Below, one piece after another: positions 1 to 9,833 of a stretch of DNA of 36,057 nt (its first letter is position 1; each line of letters starts with the position of its first letter). The DNA comes from Candidatus Thorarchaeota archaeon (GTDB taxonomy: Archaea > Asgardarchaeota > Thorarchaeia > Thorarchaeales > Thorarchaeaceae), in contig JAOUFI010000019.1 in the NCBI GenBank assembly GCA_029858305.1, positions 1 to 36,057 of the forward strand, in the 5' to 3' direction. A program made the position numbers and the translations under genes. The notes below the pieces were generated by a model. It ran no database searches, was not told the DNA's origin, and saw only the letters and a program-made list of their open reading frames with translations.

Positions 1-1
1 A

Positions 2-862
2 TTGTCCGCATATAGTGTACGCGCCTCCTTCTCTGACCAATTCAATACCCTCAGGTATTGCTCGTGCACTTCCTGTAGCTTCATAGACAATGTCTGGTCC
101 ATGTCCACCGGCTATATCTTTCAGCTTCTGCTTCCGTTCATCCAAGGTAGTTTCTCCAATATTGAGAGTATGCGTGACTCCGAATTTCTTTGCTAGCTCA
201 AGACGGTTCTTGGCCTGATCAATCATTGTGACTGAGGAGGCACCACTGATGAGAGCTATAACAGCTATCATTAGACCTACTGGACCAGAGCCCTGAATTG
301 CTACATTCATTCCCCAAGTAAGGGGGCTCCTAAGTACAGTATGAACAGCAGTTGGCATCGCACAACCAACTGCACTGGCTCCATCAAAGCTGACATGATC
401 CGGAATCTTGATGATGTGTGTACCTGGTGAGAGATAGACATACTCACTATACCCACCGATGATATAGGGTGGTTTCTGAGAGTCCATTGTAATTCCATAT
501 ACAGTTCTATTAGTGCACTTGGTAGGCGCTTTAGCAACCAAGCAGTTCCAGCACTTGTAGCATGTATTGTACACATCATGGAATGTAACACGGTCTCCAA
601 TTTTCAATTCATTGCCATCCAGATCCTTGACTTTCTTACTGCCAAGTGATTCTATAGTTCCTACGACTTCATGACCAGGGATGAGAGGATATGGCACTCC
701 AGCCAATTTGCCATGCCACAAATGTACATCTGTCCCACAGACACCAGCATTGGCAACTTTCAGAAGCACTGCGCCTGAAGCGAGTTCGGGAATCTCAAAT
801 TCCTCTATTGACAGAGGAGCGCTTGGTTTAGGGACCACAGCAGCCCTGCTTGTTTTTGCCAT
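2..862 (-). CDS. Zn-dependent medium-chain alcohol dehydrogenase, 3' end runs off the window; not in the supplied ORF track
   Basis: Manual translation from ATG at 862: MAKTSRAAVVPKPSAPL...GVCGTDVH...GHEVVG...CYKCWNC...C...QGSGPVG. This gives catalytic Zn ligands, structural Zn cysteines and the GxGxxG Rossmann motif. Confidence 0.9.
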   Translation of the reverse strand, partial: MAKTSRAAVVPKPSAPLSIEEFEIPELASGAVLLKVANAGVCGTDVHLWHGKLAGVPYPLIPGHEVVGTIESLGSKKVKDLDGNELKIGDRVTFHDVYNTCYKCWNCLVAKAPTKCTNRTVYGITMDSQKPPYIIGGYSEYVYLSPGTHIIKIPDHVSFDGASAVGCAMPTAVHTVLRSPLTWGMNVAIQGSGPVGLMIAVIALISGASSVTMIDQAKNRLELAKKFGVTHTLNIGETTLDERKQKLKDIAGGHGPDIVYEATGSARAIPEGIELVREGGAYTICGQ

Positions 863-993
863 CTTTTCACCAACTTCAGAGAGGTTTTGTCGGAAATAGA
901 AAACTCAGATAAAAAGAAGCTCAAATGACGTAAATCAGTTATTATCTATGAATAATCTTATAAGTTAAATTAACAATAGTTCATTCAATAGAG

Positions 994-1251
994 ATGGTGA
1001 AAGCCGTGACAGAAATGAAACCAGATGAAAGTCTGGATTGTGTGGGATTGTTTTGTCCTCAACCACTTTTCCAGACAAAACAAGCCATTGAAAGCATTGA
1101 ACCAGGTCAAATTCTTGAGATACTTGCAGATGATCCTGCGGCGGAGGAAGACATCAAAAGATTCTGCAAGAGAACAGGTCATGAATTCGTCAGTGCCAAA
1201 AATCTTCCAGACGGAGTTAAGAGAATCTTAGTGCGACGGAAGAAAGATTAA
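994..1251 (+). CDS. tusA: TusA/SirA-family sulfur carrier
   Basis: LDCVGLFCPQP (CPxP motif) and ADDPAAEEDI; 85 aa; immediately upstream of a cysteine desulfurase. Confidence 0.9.
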   Translation: MVKAVTEMKPDESLDCVGLFCPQPLFQTKQAIESIEPGQILEILADDPAAEEDIKRFCKRTGHEFVSAKNLPDGVKRILVRRKKD

Positions 1252-1292
1252 TCACGGACAGGTCAGAAATAACGGTTTAAGGTTGGGATCAT

Positions 1293-2456
1293 ATGAAACA
1301 GGTCTATCTTGATTACCAGAGCGCAAAACCAGTTGATCCCAGAGTCGTGGAGGGCATGAAACCATACTTCAGTGAAAAGTATGGAAATCCATCAGCTTTA
1401 CACTCAATTGGGGATGAAGGAACAGAGGCTCTTGAAGAGAGTAGAAAGACAATTGCTCGGTTCATAAATGCTGATGAAGATGAGATCATCTTCACTTCAG
1501 GAGCAACCGAAGCAATCAATTTAGGAATAATCGGATATGCCCTGAAAAATCAAAAGAAAGGTAACCACATAATCATCTCCGAGATTGAGCATATTTCAAT
1601 ACACAATATCGCAAAACATCTTGAGCGCTCTGGTTTCGAGATATCAAAAGTCCCGGTAGACCAATTCGGCCGTGTGAATCTGAGAAAACTTGAGCAGAGG
1701 ATTACGGACAAGACTATTCTAATCTCTGTAGGCTATGCAAGTAATGAGATAGGGACAATTCAACCTATCCGTGAGATTGGTAAACTGGCAGAAGAGAAAG
1801 GAGTTGCATTTCACTCAGATGCAGTAGCTGCAGAAGGTTTGCTGCCAATTGATGTCAAACGAGATGGCATTCACCTTATGGCACTTTCATCAAACGACAT
1901 CTATGGTCCAAAAGGAGTCGGTGTTCTCTATATGCGAAAGAAGTTCCGAGTCAACCCTCTCATTATTGGTGGAGGACAGGAACAGGGTTTAAGGTCAGGG
2001 AGTGAAGATGTCCCTGGTATAGTGGGTATGAGCCTAGCTGCTGAGTTAATGCAGAAGGAGATGCCAAAAGAGGTGAAACGATTCACTTCGTATCGCGATA
2101 GGATGATCAGACAAATTCTCGAGGAAATTCCTGATAGTCATCTCAATGGTCATCCAACAGAGCGACTTGCAAGTAATACGCATGTAAGATTCGATGGAAT
2201 TGAAGGAGAATCAATCCTCTTGTCTTTCAAAGATAGAGGCATAGCAATCTCAACGGGCTCAGCATGCACATCAAAGACTCTAGAGCCATCACACACATTG
2301 ATTGCAACCGGTCTCCTTCATGAGGAGGCGCATGGCTCTTTGCAAATCACAACTGGAAGATTCAATACAGATCAAGACATAGATAGCGTCCTTGAGTTCG
2401 TGCCAGAAATAGTGACACGACTTCGAGAGCTATCTCCAATTTACAAATCGAATTAG
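1293..2456 (+). CDS. iscS: Cysteine desulfurase, IscS/NifS type
   Basis: YLDYQS, GNPS, FTSGATEA, EH, SNEIGTIQP, GPKGVG, GGGQE..LRSG and catalytic STGSACTS. Confidence 0.95.
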   Translation: MKQVYLDYQSAKPVDPRVVEGMKPYFSEKYGNPSALHSIGDEGTEALEESRKTIARFINADEDEIIFTSGATEAINLGIIGYALKNQKKGNHIIISEIEHISIHNIAKHLERSGFEISKVPVDQFGRVNLRKLEQRITDKTILISVGYASNEIGTIQPIREIGKLAEEKGVAFHSDAVAAEGLLPIDVKRDGIHLMALSSNDIYGPKGVGVLYMRKKFRVNPLIIGGGQEQGLRSGSEDVPGIVGMSLAAELMQKEMPKEVKRFTSYRDRMIRQILEEIPDSHLNGHPTERLASNTHVRFDGIEGESILLSFKDRGIAISTGSACTSKTLEPSHTLIATGLLHEEAHGSLQITTGRFNTDQDIDSVLEFVPEIVTRLRELSPIYKSN

Positions 2457-2468
2457 GAGATGAAATAA

Positions 2469-3248
2469 ATGAAATCAACAAAATACAGCGAAAAGGTTCT
2501 GGATCACTTCAGAAATCCTCGAAACGTCGGTACTCTTGAGGGAAACGATGTTGCTGTCGGAAAAGTAGGCAATCCCACATGTGGGGATATCATGGAGGTA
2601 TTCATCCGTATCGATGGAGATAAAATTACAGACGCAAAGTTCAGGACTTTTGGCTGTGGCTCAGCCATCGCAACAACAAGTATGACGACTGAGATGGTCA
2701 AGGGGATGACCTTGGATGAGGCAATGAAGCTGACTCGTCAGGATGTTGCTGAGGAACTAGATGGCCTACCGCCAATCAAAATGCACTGCTCAAACCTCGC
2801 AGCTGATGCTCTTCATGAGGCAATCAAGAGCTATAGAAAAGGTAGAGGAGAGGAAGTGGCAGATGATAAGGAAAAGGTGGAGGAAGAAGTTGAGTGTCTC
2901 GTTGGAAAAGATGAGTTCCTCGATAAAGGCGTCTACACAGGCGTTGATAATCTGCAGGATTTTGAAAATCGTAGAACTTTGATTCTTTATACAGGTGACA
3001 AGTCAGTCGAGAAGGCAATCGAGCTAACAGAGGTTACCGGACGTGTAATCCTTCTCACACCTGATGAGTCTCTTGTTCTTAGTCCAGAGCTAGCTGAGAA
3101 ACTTGCAGCCTCTACTGTAAAAGTACTATATGAGTCAAGACTCCTTGAGATACGCGGAGAGGTCGAGGTAGAGAAAGCGCTCATTCGAAATCTAGATGAA
3201 GATGAGGACTACGAACTCTTCGTTGACGCGGTTGTCATTATCGATTAG
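2469..3248 (+). CDS. iscU: IscU/NifU Fe-S scaffold fused to a C-terminal degenerate thioredoxin-reductase-like NAD(P)H-binding domain
   Basis: YSEKVLDHFRNPRNVG, GNPTCGD, FGCGSAIA and LPPIKMHCS; about 120 extra C-terminal residues. Confidence 0.9.
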   Translation: MKSTKYSEKVLDHFRNPRNVGTLEGNDVAVGKVGNPTCGDIMEVFIRIDGDKITDAKFRTFGCGSAIATTSMTTEMVKGMTLDEAMKLTRQDVAEELDGLPPIKMHCSNLAADALHEAIKSYRKGRGEEVADDKEKVEEEVECLVGKDEFLDKGVYTGVDNLQDFENRRTLILYTGDKSVEKAIELTEVTGRVILLTPDESLVLSPELAEKLAASTVKVLYESRLLEIRGEVEVEKALIRNLDEDEDYELFVDAVVIID

Positions 3249-3295
3249 TTCAAGGCAGTAAGTACAAATCAGATACTTGCTGCAACTGAGGTGAC

Positions 3296-3757
3296 ATGAT
3301 AGAGATAAGACCTGCAAGAGAAGAGGATAGAAACCTCCTCAAAACCATGTATCTATCTGAAGTTGAAAACCATGATGACCGTGCAGTGGCATTCGCGGAA
3401 CGATTGATTGGCCATTTTAATACATTACTAGCACTGCACGACAATAAGTTGTGTGGAACACTCACCTGGGATACAAGAGGGGGGTATGATGATGGTGTTG
3501 TGGAGCTTGTAGCGCTTGGTGTTAACAACGAGTTCCGGCGACAGCGTATTGCTACTAAATTGGTTGAGAGAATGATTGAAGATGCTGCGCTTTTCTACTC
3601 TGAACGGAATTATACGCTTAGAGTCATAATCCTATTCATGGAAGGTGGAAACGAGAACGCAAGGAAGTTCTATTCTCAAATTGGATTCTCAGAGGTTGCG
3701 AGAATATCTAATTTATACCCTCATGATGATGGAGTGATCTGGACTCGATATCTCTAG
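3296..3757 (+). CDS. GNAT-family N-acetyltransferase
   Basis: LGVNNEFRRQRIATKL (motif A) and NENARKFYSQIGF (motif B). Confidence 0.85.
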   Translation: MIEIRPAREEDRNLLKTMYLSEVENHDDRAVAFAERLIGHFNTLLALHDNKLCGTLTWDTRGGYDDGVVELVALGVNNEFRRQRIATKLVERMIEDAALFYSERNYTLRVIILFMEGGNENARKFYSQIGFSEVARISNLYPHDDGVIWTRYL

Positions 3758-3809
3758 AGTAATTTGTATTAACGACATAATAGAACCTTCAATAAACAAA
3801 TGAATTAGT

Positions 3810-4505
3810 GTGATTCTCATTATGGAAAACGGAGGCGGCATTGGAACACTGCAGGAACGCTCGTTACACGCCGCAATAAAGAAAATGTATGCAGGACCAG
3901 AAACTCAGATGGAGGTTGCAATCGACGGCTATGTAGTAGATGTTGTCCGGGATGGTTTACTCATCGAAATCCAGACAAGAAATTTCACTGCAATCAAGGA
4001 TAAATTATTCACACTCATGAAGAATCACCGTATTAGACTTGTATACCCTATACCGTATGAGAAGTGGATTGTTCGTCAGAGTCCAGATGGAATAAACGAG
4101 ATAAGCAGGAGGCGTTCACCGAAACAGTTGGGAATTGCCAATGTTTTTGAAGAATTAGTGAGCATTCCAACTTTTCTTCGCCATAAGAACTTCTCTCTGG
4201 AGGTCATCCTAATTAGAGAAGAGGAGATCAGAATTCAGAATGGGAAGGGGAGCTGGAGAAGGAGAGGGTGGAGTAATAGTGATAGAAAACTTCTCGAAGT
4301 AATAGAAAGACACCTGTACAGTGAACCATCGGACTTCTTACATTTTATTCCAAATACACTGGAAAGACCGTTCACAACAAATGAACTTGCAGAGGTTTCA
4401 GATATACCTAAACGTATTGCTCAGAAGATGACATATTGTATGCGAAAGATGGGAATTCTAAAGATTGTTGGCAAAGACAGGAATGCATATCTCTATACCA
4501 CCTGA
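3810..4505 (+). CDS. PD-(D/E)XK nuclease-like conserved protein with probable C-terminal winged helix
   Basis: SLH...E...YVVD...LIEIQT pattern; C-terminus FTTNELAEVSDIPKRIAQKMTYCMRKMGIL is HTH-like. Confidence 0.55.
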   Translation: MILIMENGGGIGTLQERSLHAAIKKMYAGPETQMEVAIDGYVVDVVRDGLLIEIQTRNFTAIKDKLFTLMKNHRIRLVYPIPYEKWIVRQSPDGINEISRRRSPKQLGIANVFEELVSIPTFLRHKNFSLEVILIREEEIRIQNGKGSWRRRGWSNSDRKLLEVIERHLYSEPSDFLHFIPNTLERPFTTNELAEVSDIPKRIAQKMTYCMRKMGILKIVGKDRNAYLYTT

Positions 4506-4625
4506 TAGAATATCAAATACTTTATTGGCAATGCTTATTATAACATAAATCGTAGTTATAGTAAGCGTCAGAAGTGGGCAAGTGGCGATTGAAATATAAT
4601 CTCCTTACTTGCACGCTGTGTACCG

Positions 4626-4919
4626 GTGATTAGAATGAGTCTGCATATCAATCTCACAAAGAGTACGCTCATTGTGCTGGACGAATTGGCAAAGGATGGT
4701 CCAATGTGTCCTCAAGAGATTGCTAACAAGAGCGGACTAGCAATGAGAACGGTAACACTTGCTCTGAAGACTCTTCAGTCTGGTAATTTCTGTAGAAAGG
4801 TACCTAATCTTAGTGATATGAGAAAACCTCTCTATCACGCGGATATTGATAAGATTATGGAACTCCAGAGAAACCACGAGATTTGGCGAAGCCTGATCAA
4901 TCTTCGAGTCACAAGATGA
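4626..4919 (+). CDS. Small winged-helix DNA-binding protein (MarR/ArsR-like)
   Basis: GPMCPQEIANKSGLAMRTVTLALKTL followed by DMRKPLY wing. Confidence 0.75.
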   Translation: MIRMSLHINLTKSTLIVLDELAKDGPMCPQEIANKSGLAMRTVTLALKTLQSGNFCRKVPNLSDMRKPLYHADIDKIMELQRNHEIWRSLINLRVTR

Positions 4920-4982
4920 AGTGGATCCAATCGTAAGAAGGGCACTTGGGCAATCGTTCCCTAGAGTTCGCCATCAATACAA

Positions 4983-5318
4983 TTATTCTGAGAAACAACC
5001 TTTGAGTACCGCGTGCATGACAGCTCCTCGCGCTACATCCATATCTGGTATGCCTGTCAATACTTCTTGACAGATTCTCATTGCAGGAAGACTTACTGGT
5101 GGTGGTACAGTACAACCATCATACTCAGCTGTGACATCAATCTTGCGAATAACATTAGTTGAAAGACCAAAATCAGAAATGACAGAATACATGATTTCAA
5201 GAGCAGCATCACATAGTATACAATGTTCACTGCTATAGAGAATAATGCAACTGCATCTACCACAGTCACATTTTTTCTGCTCAGCATAAGTCGAGATTGA
5301 TTCTGTTCTTATCATCAT
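4983..5318 (-). CDS. Cys-rich thioredoxin-fold protein, paralogue of 30466-30795
   Basis: CILC motif, SLP cis-Pro region; ISDFGL and LTGIPD match INDFGL and ITGIPE of the 30.5 kb protein. Confidence 0.65.
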   Translation of the reverse strand: MMIRTESISTYAEQKKCDCGRCSCIILYSSEHCILCDAALEIMYSVISDFGLSTNVIRKIDVTAEYDGCTVPPPVSLPAMRICQEVLTGIPDMDVARGAVMHAVLKGCFSE

Positions 5319-5324
5319 TTCTTA

Positions 5325-5483
5325 TCAGTAGATAGATAACAAATCCTCAATATAACAGGTATCTGCAAATACTCCTCCTCCAGAATGCCTTAATTTGCCA
5401 TATTGCACCATTCTGTGAAGGGTCGCAAGGATAAGTTCATTCTTTTCATTCTCCACGACATCCCTATTGACTGGTCCCAACAT
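5325..5483 (-). CDS. Possible 52-aa small protein, below the ORF-track cutoff
   Basis: ATG 5483 to TGA 5325: MLGPVNRDVVENEKNELILATLHRMVQYGKLRHSGGGVFADTCYIEDLLSIY. It fills the gap and ends 6 nt before the next co-oriented gene. Confidence 0.3.
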   Translation of the reverse strand: MLGPVNRDVVENEKNELILATLHRMVQYGKLRHSGGGVFADTCYIEDLLSIY

Positions 5484-5526
5484 TTAGCAAGACAGACGCC
5501 TTAACAAATGGCCACATATCTAGATA

Positions 5527-6711
5527 TTATGTATTCAATGAATCAAGAGCAGCCAGCAGATCTTTGAGCAAGTCAGTTGCATCCTCAATTCCGACAGAAA
5601 GCCGAACTGTAGAATCACAGATTCCCGCTTCACTAAGAATCTTTTCACCCAGACCATAATGTGTTGTGAGAACAGGAATACTAGCCAAGCTTTCGACACC
5701 GCCGAGTGATACAGCATTAAGGAAAATGTCTAATGAATCAACAAACTGACGAGTTCCTGCCAAATCAGAATCCAAGTCGAGTGATAACATTCCTCCAAAA
5801 CCATTCATCTGTCGTCTTGCAACTTGGTGATGGGGATGACTTGGCAGACCAGGATAATGAACCTGTTTGATTCGACTATCTTGAGAAAGTTTCTCAGCCA
5901 GATAAATTGCATTTGCATTATGCCGCTCCATTCTCACACTAAGCGTTTTAATTCCGCGGTCTAGAAGGAATGAGGCGAACGGATCCATTGTTCCTCCGAG
6001 AAGCTTTGCAGCACTCCGGACTCGCGCCATTAGTTCATTTGAACCAGATATGGTACCAGCAATGATATCGCTGTGACCTCCAAGATACTTGGTTGCACTG
6101 TGCATTACAAGATCCACACCGAATTCATGGGGGCGTTGATTAATTGGTGAACCAAATGTACTATCTATCATACTTATCGTTCCTACTGCAATAGCGGCAT
6201 CAGCTACTTGTTTCATATCAATAATCTTCAAGGTAGGATTCGTGGGGGTCTCAAAGAAACAAAGTTTGTACTTCTCTTGAGAATCTAGTAGTGCATCAGC
6301 TACTTCATCTGTATCAACATAATCTACGTGGATTCCATTCTGGGGAAGAATCTCATTAAAGAGATGAACTGTGCCACCATAAATTGAATCGCTTGATAGA
6401 ATCCGCTCACCACCCTTCACAAGACCCATTATAGCGGAAGAAATCGCAGCCATCCCAGATGCTACAACATGGGTGTCGTCTGTACCCTCGAGCGCACTGA
6501 TTTTTTCCTCAACACTTTTAGTGGTTGGATTACTCCACCTTGTGTATACATGGTTGCCAGATTTTCCTTGTACCGAGTCCAACATATGTTGCTGATTCTC
6601 GAAAACAAAAGTAGACGTCTGTACAATCGGTACCACTGCAGGTCCTGCTGTTTGCGAATGCGTTCCTTGGACGCAGAGAGTAGGAGGACTCCTCTTCTTC
6701 GGATTCAACAT
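5527..6711 (-). CDS. PLP-dependent trans-sulfuration enzyme (cystathionine/methionine gamma-lyase family)
   Basis: YTRWSNPT, SGMAAI, YGGT, ETPTNP, HSATKYLGGHSD, SLGGVESL and RLSVGIED; start taken at ATG 6711. Confidence 0.92.
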   Translation of the reverse strand: MLNPKKRSPPTLCVQGTHSQTAGPAVVPIVQTSTFVFENQQHMLDSVQGKSGNHVYTRWSNPTTKSVEEKISALEGTDDTHVVASGMAAISSAIMGLVKGGERILSSDSIYGGTVHLFNEILPQNGIHVDYVDTDEVADALLDSQEKYKLCFFETPTNPTLKIIDMKQVADAAIAVGTISMIDSTFGSPINQRPHEFGVDLVMHSATKYLGGHSDIIAGTISGSNELMARVRSAAKLLGGTMDPFASFLLDRGIKTLSVRMERHNANAIYLAEKLSQDSRIKQVHYPGLPSHPHHQVARRQMNGFGGMLSLDLDSDLAGTRQFVDSLDIFLNAVSLGGVESLASIPVLTTHYGLGEKILSEAGICDSTVRLSVGIEDATDLLKDLLAALDSLNT

Positions 6712-6900
6712 TTTCACTCCAAACAATTTCTATTTTATAAGATGAATCATTGCATCTGAGGTTTATAGATGGATGCAAACAGGCACTCTCAAGAGATTTT
6801 TCCAATTGCCAACTTGATCTGAAGCTAGCCGTTCAATGTCCATTGTCTAGAATACATATCTATGAATTGATGATAGAAACAGCAAGTCGTAATTTTTCTG

Positions 6901-7116
6901 CTAAGGTTCTTCAGGAATGATTAAAGCTGCAATAAGATATGCAAGTAAGCCAGCACCATAAACGAGAGTAAATAGGACCCAGAGGATTCGGATGATTGTC
7001 GGATCTGTGTTGTAGTACTTGCCAATACCGCCGCAGATGCCAAAAAGAACCTTATTATCACGGGAGCGATATAACTTGCCACCACTGCCTCCAGATGCAA
7101 TTGGTATCTCTGCCAT
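6901..7116 (-). CDS. pspC: PspC-domain membrane protein
   Basis: KLYRSRDNKVLFGICGGIGKYYNTDPTIIRILWV...YLIAALIIPEE; start ATG 7116. Confidence 0.9.
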   Translation of the reverse strand: MAEIPIASGGSGGKLYRSRDNKVLFGICGGIGKYYNTDPTIIRILWVLFTLVYGAGLLAYLIAALIIPEEP

Positions 7117-7302
7117 TTTACCACCACAAAGCCACACTGTTAAGGGGATATTAAACATTTGCAGTTGAAACGATTTATGCCATGATTTAGCCACCGTTCT
7201 TCATTAAAGCCAAATCCATGGTCTTGCCGCTCAATAAGCGGATTTATGGAAAGGATATGAGAACAGTAAGTGTTATACATAACATAAAGACAAGTAGCGA
7301 AA

Positions 7303-8334
7303 ATGAACTCTCTGGAGGCAATTCGCGCATTACCCAAAGTCGAGTTGCATGTACACGTCCTTGGCTCGATACGTCCGTCTACGCTTCTTGATATCATCAT
7401 TGAAGATGATATCAAAGTTGCCTACAAGACTGAACAGGATATAATTAATCGGTTTCAATATACAGACTTTGCCAACTTCATCAGTGTCTATATGGAGATA
7501 ATCAAGTGTATCAAGGATGGAAAGCATTTTGAAACCATCACTTACGAGATGCTTGAAAATTGTGCCAGCTGTAATACGCAGTATGTGGAACTTAGTTTCT
7601 CTCCCATGGATCACATCAAACAAGGCATTGAGTTTGTTACAATAGTTAACGCCATCAATAAAGGTATAAAACGAGCTCACAAAGAGTTTGGGATTCTAAC
7701 AAACATTAGAGTAGACCTCGTTCGCGACTCCGCCATGGAGGAGGCAATGAATATTCTCAGAAGTATTAAAGCCAACTCACATAATATCGTATCAATAGAT
7801 ATTGGAGGAAATGAGAGCGCACACTCGCCGAAGCCCTTTGCTCCAGTCTACAAATGTGCTAGAGAAATGGGTTTGCATCTTGTCGCGCATGCAGGAGAGG
7901 CTGCTGGACCGAAATCGATTTGGGATGCCATTCGATACCTGAATGTAGAGAGGATAGGACATGGAGTCACGGCGCAAGAGGATCCCAACCTTATGGAGTA
8001 TCTGAAGAGAGAAAGAATCGCTATTGAGATGTGCCCTGTAAGCAATTTGAGAACTGGTGTCATTTCATCGATGAGGAATCATCCTATCAGGGATTTCTTT
8101 GATAGAGGGCTATTTGTAAATGTGAATAGCGACGACCCATCTCTCTTTCATACTGACCTGAATAATGAGTACATACAACTACACAAGCATCTTGACTTTA
8201 CACTACCTGAACTTTTTCAGATATCACTGAACGGTGTCGATGCAGCCTTTGTTAATCTACAAAGAAAGACTCAACTAAGAACTCTTTTCATCCGTGAATA
8301 CGATAGGATTCTGGAGTTGATGACACGCTATTGA
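7303..8334 (+). CDS. add: Adenosine/adenine deaminase
   Basis: LPKVELHVH, HAGE, RIGHG, EMCPVSN and NSDDP. Confidence 0.92.
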   Translation: MNSLEAIRALPKVELHVHVLGSIRPSTLLDIIIEDDIKVAYKTEQDIINRFQYTDFANFISVYMEIIKCIKDGKHFETITYEMLENCASCNTQYVELSFSPMDHIKQGIEFVTIVNAINKGIKRAHKEFGILTNIRVDLVRDSAMEEAMNILRSIKANSHNIVSIDIGGNESAHSPKPFAPVYKCAREMGLHLVAHAGEAAGPKSIWDAIRYLNVERIGHGVTAQEDPNLMEYLKRERIAIEMCPVSNLRTGVISSMRNHPIRDFFDRGLFVNVNSDDPSLFHTDLNNEYIQLHKHLDFTLPELFQISLNGVDAAFVNLQRKTQLRTLFIREYDRILELMTRY

Positions 8335-8912
8335 GGTTCTGTCGTTGCCGGAGCCGACTGCTGGGGCGAGGGTGCTTCTTTTTTCATCAAGCTATCTCGC
8401 AGAACTCGTCCGATAACGCCTCCTGCTACCGCAAAGATAAACGAGGAGAGATAGATTATAGGTGAAATGATTATCATCACGACAAGATATAGAAGACCAA
8501 CAATTATGACCTCTATGAGATCACCTTCATAGGTAAAGGAATACACTCCTCGTAGTGAATAAATGACTACAAAGACGAATAGTGTAAGGTATGATTGCTC
8601 CGGTGCCAAGTAATCCACAAAGACCATTGGCGCAATAAGAATAGCAATCAGAATCCCAAATACCCATGTCAAAAGAGTACTCAAAAGAGCATAACCAATT
8701 TTCCCAGCAATAATGCCAATAATTACAGCCATAATGAATATCACTGGGATTGGGCCAGATACCATTGTTAACCAACCAAATACTAAATCGGTTTCGAAGA
8801 TGATTATACCGATAATAACTGCAAGTACTAAATCTCTACTAACCACGTCTTCAACCTCCATAAGCAATAGATTGCACGCATGCATTATGCGACACCATAA
8901 TTGATTACTCAT
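8328..8912 (-). CDS. Polytopic membrane protein of unknown function; true start probably downstream
   Basis: Several long hydrophobic segments and a charged C-terminal tail. Confidence 0.65.
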   Translation of the reverse strand: MSNQLWCRIMHACNLLLMEVEDVVSRDLVLAVIIGIIIFETDLVFGWLTMVSGPIPVIFIMAVIIGIIAGKIGYALLSTLLTWVFGILIAILIAPMVFVDYLAPEQSYLTLFVFVVIYSLRGVYSFTYEGDLIEVIIVGLLYLVVMIIISPIIYLSSFIFAVAGGVIGRVLRDSLMKKEAPSPQQSAPATTEPQ

Positions 8913-9032
8913 TTTCTTATCAATTCGATGTTCTCAAAAATAGTGCTTGCTTTCCAAGAATTTATAGCAGAGGTCTCTTTTACACTCTGATATCAATTCA
9001 AAAAGATTGATACTGTTGTAAGGTGCGGGATA

Positions 9033-9743
9033 ATGACAAAGGTTCTAGCCATTAATGGCAGCGCACGAATGGAAAAGGGATTCACAAAGAAACTACTGAA
9101 TGCGTTTCTTGAGGGCATGAAGGAAGAGGATGCTACGATTGATTTAGTCTATGCTAAACGGCTCAAAATCAGACCTTGTCTGGGGGATTTTGATTGCTGG
9201 TATGAGAAGGTTGGAGAGTGCGTTCAAGCCGATGATATGCAGGATCTTTATGTTAAGCTGCGAGGGACGGATATACTAATACTTGCTACTCCTATATACC
9301 TACCACTCCCGGGGGAAATGCAAAACCTCCTAAATCGGCTTATGCCACTTGTTGAGCCAATTCTCGAATTCCAAGATGGAAGAACTCGTGCACGTTTTCA
9401 TGAGAACGTGAGAATTTCAAAGATAGTCCTAGTCACAGTTGGCGGCTGGTGGGAGAAAGCAAATGCAGATACTGTGGTACGCATCGCAGAAGAGCTTGCA
9501 AAGGACCTCAGCGTTGAATTTTCGGGAGCACTCATCAGACCCCACGCTTTTCTTTTGAGTGAGAACGAAGAGAAAGCCTTTGAGGTTTTAAATGCTGCAA
9601 AGATTGCTGGTGCTCAGCTAGTAAGAGAGGGTAAGATGTCAAAGGACACATTAGAGATTATCAGTCAACCACTCATATCCGAGGAAGACCTCAGAGAGAG
9701 ATACAATAAGATGTATCAAAAAACGAAGAAATCTACTCTTTAA
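9033..9743 (+). CDS. Flavodoxin-fold NAD(P)H-dependent FMN reductase / iron-sulfur flavoprotein family
   Basis: LAINGSAR, PCLGDFDCW...C...DDM and LATPIY. Confidence 0.85.
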   Translation: MTKVLAINGSARMEKGFTKKLLNAFLEGMKEEDATIDLVYAKRLKIRPCLGDFDCWYEKVGECVQADDMQDLYVKLRGTDILILATPIYLPLPGEMQNLLNRLMPLVEPILEFQDGRTRARFHENVRISKIVLVTVGGWWEKANADTVVRIAEELAKDLSVEFSGALIRPHAFLLSENEEKAFEVLNAAKIAGAQLVREGKMSKDTLEIISQPLISEEDLRERYNKMYQKTKKSTL

Positions 9744-9833
9744 TCTAGAACAGGTTGAAGAGTATTACTACCTCATACGGATCTCCCTTGAAACTTCTAG
9801 TTATATCTCAAAGCAGCATATCGACGAATTGGT

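Noticed and set aside
3810-4505. GNAT + nuclease pair as a toxin-antitoxin or defence system
   Set aside because: No antitoxin-like partner or defence context, and the nuclease assignment is itself tentative.
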